64,000 bases of DNA from a virus (lineage: Duplodnaviria > Caudoviricetes), in IMG/VR virus record IMGVR_UViG_3300037467_001298, positions 4,174-68,173 of that record; one strand, 5' to 3'. This document shows positions 26,819-34,971 of this stretch, piece after piece; the first letter of the stretch is position 1, and each line of letters begins with the position of its first letter. The position numbers and the translations under genes were made by a program. The notes under the pieces were generated by a model. That model was not told where the DNA came from and made no database searches. It was given only the letters and a program-made list of their open reading frames with translations.

Positions 26819-27451
26819 ATGACAACTAATACTCATTTCGTAAATACTCATCTTTTAAAACAGTTAACAAAGGAACAGTTAATTGATCTTATCGAAGTAA
26901 CAAATAAAGAATTGAGAAATCGTATTGTTGGTGAAAATGTTAAAGTTAATGAACCTGTTAGTAAGCCCGTTAGTGAACCAGTTGAAAGTGTTAGTGAAAG
27001 ACGTAAACGTGCTATTGAGTTCGCAAAAGAGTCAATTGAAACTCTCAAAAAATCATCTAATAAACTACATTATTTAGCGAAAGGTCGTTTTCTAACTGAT
27101 GCCAAATTCTTTATTAATAAAGAAAAACGTACTGTGGTTGTACTACTAAAAGGTGTTGTATCGGGTGACTTATATAGCAAAGGCGTTGCAAAATGTGACC
27201 CATCTGATGTATTTAATATCCATATTGGTAAAGCAATTGCTTTGTACCGTGCATTAGATATTGAAATTCCTTCATTATTACTAACCGCTGAACATGATAG
27301 CAAAGTTGAACTTGGTGATATTGTTGATTATAACGGAAATGTATACAGAGTAGGTACTGATTGGAAACCTAATAATGGAGTAGCGATGATTAACTCATTG
27401 GCTGCAACAAAAGGAAAAGTAATTGATGATTCTAAAGAATTAGTTAAATAA
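26819..27451 (+). CDS. conserved phage hypothetical protein
   Basis: INKEKRTVVVL...GVAKCDPSDVFNIHIGKAIALYRA domain, common in Bacillota phages. Confidence 0.75.
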   Translation: MTTNTHFVNTHLLKQLTKEQLIDLIEVTNKELRNRIVGENVKVNEPVSKPVSEPVESVSERRKRAIEFAKESIETLKKSSNKLHYLAKGRFLTDAKFFINKEKRTVVVLLKGVVSGDLYSKGVAKCDPSDVFNIHIGKAIALYRALDIEIPSLLLTAEHDSKVELGDIVDYNGNVYRVGTDWKPNNGVAMINSLAATKGKVIDDSKELVK

Positions 27452-27453
27452 TT

Positions 27454-27480
27454 GAGGAACCTTCGGGTTCCTTTTACTTT
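27454..27480 (+). terminator. intrinsic terminator, UUCG loop
   Basis: AGGAACC-TTCG-GGTTCCT followed by TTTACTTT. Confidence 0.8.
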
Positions 27481-27498
27481 CTATGGAGGTCTTAAAAA

Positions 27499-28116
27499 AT
27501 GGAATACGCAACACTTGAAGATAATAATAAAAGTAAAATGAAAATAATTGCAATTGAAGGTCTTGATAAATCAGGAAAACATACTCAAACAAATATGCTT
27601 GTTGAACATTTAAGGAACCAAGGATTTAATGTTGTTCAGTCTGAATTCCATCGTTATGACACCCCTACTGGCGAACTAATAATGAAGTGGTTGCGTAAGG
27701 AATGGAATGTCAGTCAAACTACAATTGAATTGATTATGGCAGCCGATAAGCAAGCACAACAAGAGTGGTTTGATAAGTTAGAGAAAAATAATGTTGATTT
27801 TTTAGTCTTGGATAGGTATACAATGTCACAATTTGTATACTCGCTTGCAAATGATATGGAAAAATCATGGGTACTTCAACTCCAGCGGTTTATGAGAAAA
27901 CCAGATTTAAATATATTCATTGATATACCGGGTGAAGAGAGTATGAAAAGGAAAGGCAAATGGGGAGAAAACGACCGATACGAGTCTGACCTTGCTCTAT
28001 TAAATGAAGTAAGATCTTTGTTTTTCTGGTATTCTAAAAATATAGTTGACGGAATGGGTACTCCGGAGGAAGTTCATAAAGATATTGTTGAATTGGTAGA
28101 TGGTATAATTGACTAA
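27499..28116 (+). CDS. tmk: thymidylate kinase
   Basis: IAIEGLDKSGKHTQ P-loop, LIMAADK, LDRY, KPDL. Confidence 0.9.
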   Translation: MEYATLEDNNKSKMKIIAIEGLDKSGKHTQTNMLVEHLRNQGFNVVQSEFHRYDTPTGELIMKWLRKEWNVSQTTIELIMAADKQAQQEWFDKLEKNNVDFLVLDRYTMSQFVYSLANDMEKSWVLQLQRFMRKPDLNIFIDIPGEESMKRKGKWGENDRYESDLALLNEVRSLFFWYSKNIVDGMGTPEEVHKDIVELVDGIID

Positions 28117-28510
28117 TAAATACGGTGCAAAAAAGGTTATAATTGATGGTATCAAGTTTGATTCTAAAATGGAAGCCGATTATTTTTTATATCTAAAACA
28201 GCAACCTAATGTAATTGCTTTTCGTCTACAGCCCAAATTCCTTCTTCAGGATAAGTTTGTTAAAAGAGGGATAACATTCAGAAAGATTGAATACAAAGCA
28301 GATTTTGATGTTTTATATGAAGGTGGACGTATAGAAACTATAGACATTAAAGGTGCTGAAACTGAAGTATTTAAAATAAAAAGAAAATTATTTGAAGCAA
28401 AATTTCCTCAAGAACTTATTCTTTTAACCTTTGTTAAAAAACATGGTGGATGGATAACTATTGAAAAGTTAAAAGAAATAAGGAAGGTTAACAAGAAATC
28501 GAAGAAATAA
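28109..28510 (+). CDS. DUF1064-family PD-(D/E)XK nuclease
   Basis: NKYGAKKVIIDGIKFDSKMEA, YKADF, DIKG. Confidence 0.85.
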   Translation: MTNKYGAKKVIIDGIKFDSKMEADYFLYLKQQPNVIAFRLQPKFLLQDKFVKRGITFRKIEYKADFDVLYEGGRIETIDIKGAETEVFKIKRKLFEAKFPQELILLTFVKKHGGWITIEKLKEIRKVNKKSKK

Positions 28511-28527
28511 TTTCGATTTCTTTTTTT
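28493..28527 (+). terminator. intrinsic terminator
   Basis: AAGAAATCGAA/TTCGATTTCTT stem with U-tract. Confidence 0.7.
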
Positions 28528-28536
28528 ATTTTCTAG

Positions 28537-28565
28537 TATACAAAATTTTCATATTATGTTATAAT
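28537..28565 (+). promoter_or_regulatory. sigmaA-type promoter
   Basis: TATACA-N17-TATAAT, extended TG. Confidence 0.6.
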
Positions 28566-28592
28566 TAAATTAAATCGAATGGAGGTATTGAA

Positions 28593-28847
28593 ATGGAACT
28601 GAATTTAGAAAATATCAGCGACGTATCAGAAAAACAACTATATTATGCAAAGCTGGGAGATCTTTTTGTAGAAGACGTCTGGGCTCATATTGATGTGGTT
28701 AAGTTTAGTAAAAAACTAGCAGAGGCTGATGATATGCTTGATAGTAGTCAAGTAAAATGGCTGATTGATAATGTCCCAGGGATAAGGTTATTTAAAGTTA
28801 AACTTATTATTGAGGAAAATGAAATTGACCAATCTTTAATATTCTGA
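28593..28847 (+). CDS. hypothetical protein
   Basis: GGAGG RBS, 84 aa ORF. Confidence 0.75.
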   Translation: MELNLENISDVSEKQLYYAKLGDLFVEDVWAHIDVVKFSKKLAEADDMLDSSQVKWLIDNVPGIRLFKVKLIIEENEIDQSLIF

Positions 28848-28933
28848 GAAAAAAAGATTCTGGAACATATTTACATTATATGAAAAATATGTTAATATTA
28901 AATTGTGGTAAACGTTATGATGGAGGATTGAAA

Positions 28934-29131
28934 ATGAACGAACAGTTTAAGGTATTAAAACAACGTGCAGATGAAGCGAGAATACTTTACAAAAAGAATT
29001 TAATTACTCGTGCAGAAGCAAATGCTGAAATAATTCCTTATATACTTGCTTTCAATAAACAATCTGATATTATAGCAAAGAAATACAATGTAAAACCAAG
29101 GCATATAAATTTTAACTCGTACATACGATAA
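28934..29131 (+). CDS. hypothetical protein
   Basis: GGAGG RBS before ATG 28934. Confidence 0.7.
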   Translation: MNEQFKVLKQRADEARILYKKNLITRAEANAEIIPYILAFNKQSDIIAKKYNVKPRHINFNSYIR

Positions 29132-29142
29132 GGAGGAAAATT

Positions 29143-30420
29143 ATGTCAGAATTAATTACATTAAAAAATCAGTTCGAAGAAATCGGACAAGCTACAGGAA
29201 ATTCAAAACAGCCTTTAATTAAAAGGTTTGGGGATGAAAGTGAACTGTTTAAAGAAACATTAAACTTTGTTTTTAATCCTTATATTATTACAGGATTAGC
29301 AAAAAAGAAAATGGAAAAAAATCTTCCATTAATGAATATTTCAGATAACAAATCACTTAAAGAAATGTTTAATTATGTTAAATCAAATAATTCAGGTAGT
29401 GATAAAGTTATTAGAATTATGAAATCATGGATTGCTCAACAACCTGAAGAAACTCATGAGTTTTTGAAAGGTGTATTTACAAAAGATATTCAGATTGGAA
29501 TTTCACTTAAAACAATTAATAAAGTATTGGGTAAAAATTTCATTCCTGAATATTCTGTACAACTTGCGAAGAAATATGAAGATGAAAAACATAAGATTAA
29601 AGGTCGTTTCGGAGTGTCGTTAAAACTTGATGGTATTCGTTGTACTGTTTTTAATGGTGAAGATGGTCCCAAATTCTTTTCACGAAAAGGATTACCAATT
29701 GAAGGACTTCATCAATTAGAAAATGAATTTAAAAAATTTCCAACAGGAATGGTTTATGATGGTGAATTAGTTCATATTGAAAATGGCATGACATCTGATG
29801 ATTTATTCCGTCTAACTCAAAAAATCGTTCGTGCTGATGGTCCTAAGGAGAATATTAGATTTATTATGTTCGACATGCTGCCTGTAGATGAATTTTTTGC
29901 AGGTAAATCGAAAACTGGTTGGGAAGAAAGATATTATGATTTCCAAACAGCCATTGACATCTATGAACCTGAATTAATTGAGTGTGTACCTGTTTATTAT
30001 ATAGGCGATGATAAAGACGTAATTGCTCATTACCTAAAACGTGTTACAGATCAAGGGTATGAAGGTTTAATGGTAAATACGGCTAATGGAAAGTACCAAA
30101 CAAAACGAACTGATGACCTGTTAAAAGTTAAAAAAATGGATTCGGCTGATTTAAAAATTATTGGTTTTGAGGAACACCGCAAGGTAAAAGGATTGTTAGG
30201 TTCTTTAATTGTTGATTATAAAGGGTATAAAGTCAATGTAGGTTCAGGTTTTACTGATGGTGACCGTGCTGAACTTTGGTCGAGAAGGTTGAATCTCGTT
30301 GGCAAAATTGCTGAAGTTCAATATTTTGAGGAAAGTAAAAATCAAAACGGCGGATTATCACTTAGGTTCCCTGTATTCTTGCAGTTAAGAGATGACAAAA
30401 CTGAACCTTCGTACTATTAA
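29143..30420 (+). CDS. lig: ATP-dependent DNA ligase
   Basis: Motif I LKLDGIR, YDGEL, MFD, YEGLMV, LLKVK, VGSGFTD, LRFPVF. Confidence 0.95.
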   Translation: MSELITLKNQFEEIGQATGNSKQPLIKRFGDESELFKETLNFVFNPYIITGLAKKKMEKNLPLMNISDNKSLKEMFNYVKSNNSGSDKVIRIMKSWIAQQPEETHEFLKGVFTKDIQIGISLKTINKVLGKNFIPEYSVQLAKKYEDEKHKIKGRFGVSLKLDGIRCTVFNGEDGPKFFSRKGLPIEGLHQLENEFKKFPTGMVYDGELVHIENGMTSDDLFRLTQKIVRADGPKENIRFIMFDMLPVDEFFAGKSKTGWEERYYDFQTAIDIYEPELIECVPVYYIGDDKDVIAHYLKRVTDQGYEGLMVNTANGKYQTKRTDDLLKVKKMDSADLKIIGFEEHRKVKGLLGSLIVDYKGYKVNVGSGFTDGDRAELWSRRLNLVGKIAEVQYFEESKNQNGGLSLRFPVFLQLRDDKTEPSYY

Positions 30421-30421
30421 T

Positions 30422-30481
30422 ATTACAATTTTTTTACAAACTCTTGAACTGGTTAACAGATTACCGTCATTTATATATAAT
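30422..30481 (+). promoter_or_regulatory. promoter with upstream WalR-box-like direct repeat
   Basis: TTAACA-N17-TATAAT at 30453-30481; bottom strand TGTAAA-N5-TGTAAT at 30422-30438. Confidence 0.5.
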
Positions 30482-30525
30482 TTATATATGTGACGGTAGT
30501 CACCAATAAAACAAGGAGTGATTTG

Positions 30526-31134
30526 ATGAAGAAGCTAATTGTTACAACTGCGGTAACAGCGGTATTATTGTCAGGCATGATTACTGAAGCCCACACAATT
30601 AATACTACCAAGGACCAGGTTGAACAGTTGCGGTATAAGTACAATATGCAACTCAACCAAAACAAAAAGTTAGAAAAGAACGTAGAAAAGGTTACTAAAC
30701 AAACTAAGGAACTTCAAGATGTAAATGATGCCCTCCAAAGTAAAGTTAATGAGAAGGACCAACAATTGCAAAGTCAATCTGAACAGATAACTCAATTGAA
30801 AAAACAGATTGACGAAAGTCCCAGGTGGATGACATTTAGTGCAAGTGCGTATACTGTAGGCGATGACTATACTAGCGGAAAATGGGGAAATAAAACGGCT
30901 TCAGGAACAGTTCCTTCACAAGGTAGAACTATTGCAGTTGATAATAATTTAATACCTTTGGGTACTAAACTTCGAGTAGAATTTCCTGAACCATATAGTT
31001 ATCTCAATGGTACTTATATCGCTGAAGATACAGGTAATGCAATTAAAGGTCATAAAGTTGACTTATACCTTAGTTCCATTAATGCTTGTTTGAATTTTGG
31101 TGTTAGAGATATAAAAATCAGTATTATAAATTAA
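30526..31134 (+). CDS. secreted coiled-coil + 3D-domain cell-wall protein (YocH/Sps-like)
   Basis: Signal peptide MKKLIVTTAVTAVLLSG, coiled coil, ASAYT, TASG, IAVD, AEDTG, VDLY. Confidence 0.88.
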   Translation: MKKLIVTTAVTAVLLSGMITEAHTINTTKDQVEQLRYKYNMQLNQNKKLEKNVEKVTKQTKELQDVNDALQSKVNEKDQQLQSQSEQITQLKKQIDESPRWMTFSASAYTVGDDYTSGKWGNKTASGTVPSQGRTIAVDNNLIPLGTKLRVEFPEPYSYLNGTYIAEDTGNAIKGHKVDLYLSSINACLNFGVRDIKISIIN

Positions 31135-31143
31135 AAATTCTAG

Positions 31144-31173
31144 TTTACAAAGTGGTTACTATTATGTTACAAT
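31144..31173 (+). promoter_or_regulatory. sigmaA-type promoter of the phage sigma factor
   Basis: TTTACA-N18-TACAAT with TGn extended -10. Confidence 0.55.
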
Positions 31174-31253
31174 ATTAATATATTAATATATTGGTATAAC
31201 ATTTAGTAACCCAAACAAAAACTATTTTGACAACCTGAGGGGAGAATTAAACA

Positions 31254-31856
31254 ATGACAAAAGCAATTATTTTGAGTAACGGTGTAATTAAACAAATGAA
31301 TTATGAGGATGTTCTTAAACAATTTGACCAAATGGTTAACAAATTTGCTAACCAAGCGATAGAAAAATTTATTTATAATAAACCTGAAAAGGAGGAAATT
31401 ATGCAAGAACTTCGTATTCAAGTTTGGGAAGCATATCGCCGTTACAATGGAAAAAATGCTTTTTCTACATATCTCGTACCTAGGTTGCAACATGGTGTAC
31501 ATAGAGCAACAATGAAAATGTATGCAAAGAAAAGAAGTCATAACGGTCTATTAAAAAGGATTGACGAGGAAATTGGCGGAAGCGATGGAAATACAACAAC
31601 TCTTGCCGATATTTTAGGCGAGGAGGATGAGAACTTAACATCAATTCACTTCAAGGAACTTATGAATTATTTAGAAAAAACGCTAGAACCTTGTGAAAAA
31701 CTTATGTTGAAATCAATGATAAATAAAAAGGATTTCTCAATTATGGATCTTGCTGACGAATTAGGTATGAGTCGTCAAGGCGCTAATAAAAAATATAATA
31801 AGTTCAAAGAAAAAATGGCTAGAATCCTTCGTGAAATGGGTTATGTAGCCTGCTAA
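31254..31856 (+). CDS. phage-encoded sigma70-family RNA polymerase sigma factor
   Basis: Region 2 EEIMQELRIQVWEAYRRY...FSTYL; region 4 HTH SIMDLADELGMSRQGANK. Confidence 0.85.
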   Translation: MTKAIILSNGVIKQMNYEDVLKQFDQMVNKFANQAIEKFIYNKPEKEEIMQELRIQVWEAYRRYNGKNAFSTYLVPRLQHGVHRATMKMYAKKRSHNGLLKRIDEEIGGSDGNTTTLADILGEEDENLTSIHFKELMNYLEKTLEPCEKLMLKSMINKKDFSIMDLADELGMSRQGANKKYNKFKEKMARILREMGYVAC

Positions 31857-31870
31857 GGAGTGTAGAAAAA

Positions 31871-31996
31871 ATGAAAAAAATTAATATGTTTTTCTTTGGT
31901 GAGGAATATATTACATTAAGTGATTTTTTATGGTTCTATGGTGTCAATGCTTTTACTGCAATTGTATTTATCTTAACTATGTGGAGTGTGAAATAA
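31871..31996 (+). CDS. 41 aa membrane micro-protein
   Basis: AAGGAG RBS; hydrophobic FLWFYGVNAFTAIVFILTMW. Confidence 0.55.
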   Translation: MKKINMFFFGEEYITLSDFLWFYGVNAFTAIVFILTMWSVK

Positions 31997-31997
31997 A

Positions 31998-32144
31998 ATG
32001 ACAAGAATCGAATTATTAAAAAAGCGTATTGAATCCTACAAATCTCAAATTACTGAGTTGGAGGATAAATTAGAACAAACGTTCTATGAACTTGATAAGG
32101 AGTTGGAAAAAGATGGAACAGTTAGTAGCGAGAACGATAGTTGA
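31998..32144 (+). CDS. 48 aa coiled-coil protein
   Basis: GGAG RBS; MTRIELLKKRIESYKSQITELEDKLE. Confidence 0.55.
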   Translation: MTRIELLKKRIESYKSQITELEDKLEQTFYELDKELEKDGTVSSENDS

Positions 32145-32409
32145 TGATATGATGCTTGTAAGGCCAATGGCTAAAAAGGATATTGAAAGATATATTAAAG
32201 TAAATTTAGCAAGGTCATTGTCTGAAGAATTGGTTAAACAAAATCTTGATTATATTACAGTTCAAAGGCCTTTCTATTATGGGTATGACCCACGTAATCA
32301 AGCAGGAACTGAATATACAATGAAAGTATTTGTACTCACTCAAGATGAGTATAAGGAATTTGAAGATTTAAAACAATTTAGAAAACATATGCAAAACTTT
32401 ATTAAATAG
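32113..32409 (+). CDS. hypothetical protein
   Basis: AAGGAG RBS before ATG 32113. Confidence 0.7.
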   Translation: MEQLVARTIVDDMMLVRPMAKKDIERYIKVNLARSLSEELVKQNLDYITVQRPFYYGYDPRNQAGTEYTMKVFVLTQDEYKEFEDLKQFRKHMQNFIK

Positions 32410-32421
32410 GAGGAATTTAAA

Positions 32422-32685
32422 ATGAAAGTTAATATTGAAAATAACGTTAGACGTACTGCAGATATCGGTGATTTGATAGTTTGTGAAAAAGGAAATTTTC
32501 TTATAGTACGGGATGAAACAAATCACCCATTTACTTATATGGCAATAGATCTTGATACATTTGAAAAAGTTAATGGATTTAAGGAATTAATTCATATTGG
32601 TCTCCATAACAATGATGTATGTAATGGAAGTGGTCAAATTCTTGAAATTGTTAAATCTAGTGAATTAGAACTTCGTCGGGGTTGA
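32422..32685 (+). CDS. hypothetical protein (dispersed ~90 aa paralog family)
   Basis: GGAGG RBS; ADIGDLI...GNFLI...YMAIDLDT. Confidence 0.75.
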   Translation: MKVNIENNVRRTADIGDLIVCEKGNFLIVRDETNHPFTYMAIDLDTFEKVNGFKELIHIGLHNNDVCNGSGQILEIVKSSELELRRG

Positions 32686-32716
32686 CTAGACAACGTTTCT
32701 GGGAGCTAATTTTGCA

Positions 32717-32734
32717 ATAAAATATAAATTTTAT
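32717..32734. promoter_or_regulatory. palindromic motif ATAAAAT-N4-ATTTTAT (copy 2)
   Basis: Preceded by TTTTGCA, immediately before an RBS. Confidence 0.5.
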
Positions 32735-32749
32735 ATTGGAGGAGAAATA

Positions 32750-32908
32750 ATGGAAATAACTGATAAAAAATTGCTTTCAGTAATGGAAGGAATAAAAAAT
32801 AATTTGAACTCTGCATATCAAACAAGTTATACAGATTTTAAGGACCAATATATTTCTACTGTTATTGGTAAAATTAATGTTCTTATTGAAATGTTAAAAG
32901 AGGAATAA
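32750..32908 (+). CDS. 52 aa hypothetical protein
   Basis: GGAGGAG RBS. Confidence 0.6.
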   Translation: MEITDKKLLSVMEGIKNNLNSAYQTSYTDFKDQYISTVIGKINVLIEMLKEE

Positions 32909-32910
32909 CT

Positions 32911-33048
32911 ATGGAACAAAAATTTAAAAGCAAATTTGATAAATATGAGTCTGTTCTCAACTTTGGTTTTACTGACAGAGATGCTACACCTCCTGATTGG
33001 GAAAGACGTAGAAAACCTATTAAAAAACAAAAGGAGAATGTAAAATGA
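32911..33048 (+). CDS. 45 aa hypothetical protein
   Basis: GAGG RBS; ATGA overlap with next gene. Confidence 0.55.
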   Translation: MEQKFKSKFDKYESVLNFGFTDRDATPPDWERRRKPIKKQKENVK

Positions 33049-33359
33049 ATATTCAAGAAAAAATGCAACATATTGCTGATGAGGTTAAACAAGTTGAGAC
33101 ATGGGCAAAAGCCAATAATAACTCATATTGGTATAATGAATATGTTAGTCGAATTGAAACAAAACTCAGACCTATTAGAGAATTTGCTAAATTCCATAAA
33201 CTTCCATTTACTATTGATGCTGAAACTATTGCTGATAAAAACTATGATGATACTGACGGGTATTCTGAGGAAGAATCATCAAGTAGTTACTATGAGGAAG
33301 ATTATTCATCTGATTATGATGAATCAGAATATGAAGAAGATGAGAGTTCAGAGTGGTAA
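33045..33359 (+). CDS. small protein with highly acidic Ser/Tyr-rich C-terminal tail
   Basis: C-terminal DDTDGYSEEESSSSYYEEDYSSDYDESEYEEDESSEW. Confidence 0.75.
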   Translation: MNIQEKMQHIADEVKQVETWAKANNNSYWYNEYVSRIETKLRPIREFAKFHKLPFTIDAETIADKNYDDTDGYSEEESSSSYYEEDYSSDYDESEYEEDESSEW

Positions 33360-33377
33360 AATAAGGAGGAACCTAAA

Positions 33378-34355
33378 ATGATTATTATTGGCTCAAGAGC
33401 AATGGCTTATCAATTTTTAATTCCACAACGTATTACTGAAAAAACCGATTATGATGTTATTATGAGTCTAATTGAATTTAATGATTGGGCTGTAATGTAT
33501 AAACAGTATATTAAAACTTTAATACCGCGTTCTGACCATAAATATAAGGCTATTGTAGAAAAAGATGGAAAAAGAGTTCAATATGAAATTGAGTTAGGTT
33601 TTGAAGGAACATCATCCAAGTGGTTGTTAGACCACAAGGGTGATTGTTGCTACGGAACTAGAATGGGATTCTTTGGTGAATTAATCAATACTTTGGATCC
33701 TGATTACCTAATGTTAACGAAACGTTCTCACCTCACTTACCCTATTCATTTTGAAAAGAATATGAATGACTATCAGTTTATGAAACAACGAATTGGCTCC
33801 TTACATAAAACGCCTCTTATGGAGGAATACTATAACCTTAGATTTAATGAGGCTAAGGAGCGAAATAAACAAAGAACTCCTAAATTAAATGTTACAACTG
33901 AAGATTTCTTTAGTTCCAAATTACCTGTTCAAACATATTTTGTTCATGACCATATCCATGAAGTAATGGCTCATTATGATAAACCTGTCTATACTATGAT
34001 GCAAAAAGACATATCAAAAGCATGGTGTGAAAAGGATATGTTTTTCAAACTTCCATATTCGACCCAGGTTCGTGCAGTAATGGAGGAAGCATATGTAATA
34101 GCACTTGAACGTTATATAATTCCTCAACACGGTGAAAATTGTAATGATTATCATGACTGTTATACTCGTGCTGTTAAAAGGATCTGTACAACTTTAACGT
34201 CAGGTTGGTTTAGAGATTTTGCTATTGAAAATTATAATAAGGTTCTCGAGTTTTACAATCCTGATTTTGTAAATAAGTTTATAAAAGCATATAAAAGTGG
34301 AAAAATAAAATATAAGGAAGGCATTAAATCATGCCCATTAATGGAGGTAATTTAA
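33378..34355 (+). CDS. putative Pol-beta-superfamily nucleotidyltransferase-like phage protein
   Basis: N-terminal IIIGSRA...TDYDVI (hGS...DxD); C-terminal HDHIHE and EEAYVIALER. Confidence 0.65.
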   Translation: MIIIGSRAMAYQFLIPQRITEKTDYDVIMSLIEFNDWAVMYKQYIKTLIPRSDHKYKAIVEKDGKRVQYEIELGFEGTSSKWLLDHKGDCCYGTRMGFFGELINTLDPDYLMLTKRSHLTYPIHFEKNMNDYQFMKQRIGSLHKTPLMEEYYNLRFNEAKERNKQRTPKLNVTTEDFFSSKLPVQTYFVHDHIHEVMAHYDKPVYTMMQKDISKAWCEKDMFFKLPYSTQVRAVMEEAYVIALERYIIPQHGENCNDYHDCYTRAVKRICTTLTSGWFRDFAIENYNKVLEFYNPDFVNKFIKAYKSGKIKYKEGIKSCPLMEVI

Positions 34356-34664
34356 ATGTTAAAAGCAGGAGATAAAGTTAAAAAGAAAAACGGTACAACA
34401 TTTTCAAACGGAGAATACATTGCAACGGTATCAAAAGTAGAATATTATGGTAATGGAAACGTTGTTTGGTTAGTTGAGACAGGGAGCTGGTTGTCACCAA
34501 AATCGTTAGAACATGCTCATAAACAAAAGAAAACTGAAATTGACATTGTAAAAGAAAAAGTTCAAAAAATCATTGATGAAAAACAAGAAAAAATTAAATC
34601 ATTAGAAGATGATATTAAAAAATTAAACTATACACTTGCAACATTGGAGGAAATAGATGAGTGA
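34356..34664 (+). CDS. hypothetical protein (SH3-like N-terminus + coiled coil)
   Basis: LKAGDKVK...TVSKV; helical C-terminus. Confidence 0.72.
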   Translation: MLKAGDKVKKKNGTTFSNGEYIATVSKVEYYGNGNVVWLVETGSWLSPKSLEHAHKQKKTEIDIVKEKVQKIIDEKQEKIKSLEDDIKKLNYTLATLEEIDE

Positions 34665-34818
34665 CCAACAACTTCAACAAATACACCAACAACTGTTCTT
34701 CCAGTTAAATGTAGGAAAAATTGACTTATACCATTTTGAAAAGATCCGTGAGATTGTAGTTGTTAAGGAAGGTATGGAATGTAAACCTGAAAATGCAATT
34801 AAAGTATTTAAATATTAA
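34657..34818 (+). CDS. 53 aa hypothetical protein
   Basis: GGAGG RBS; ends in a terminator. Confidence 0.55.
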   Translation: MSDQQLQQIHQQLFFQLNVGKIDLYHFEKIREIVVVKEGMECKPENAIKVFKY

Positions 34819-34848
34819 AATAGAACCCAAGTGGTTCTATTTTTTTTT
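34817..34848. terminator. bidirectional intrinsic terminator
   Basis: AAAATAGAACC-caagt-GGTTCTATTTT with flanking A and T tracts. Confidence 0.75.
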
Positions 34849-34906
34849 ATTTAAGTGGAATAATAAAAATAATTGTGGAAATAATAATAATGTAACAATT
34901 AAACAA
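34847..34906 (-). CDS. 19 aa hydrophobic micropeptide
   Basis: GGAGG-N7-TTG; MFNCYIIIISTIIFIIPLK*, ending at the bidirectional terminator. Confidence 0.45.
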   Translation of the reverse strand: MFNCYIIIISTIIFIIPLK

Positions 34907-34971
34907 ATAATTACCTCCATAACATTGGTACAGTTTAATTGTTACCACTAAACCGAATGGAGTGGTGTTAA

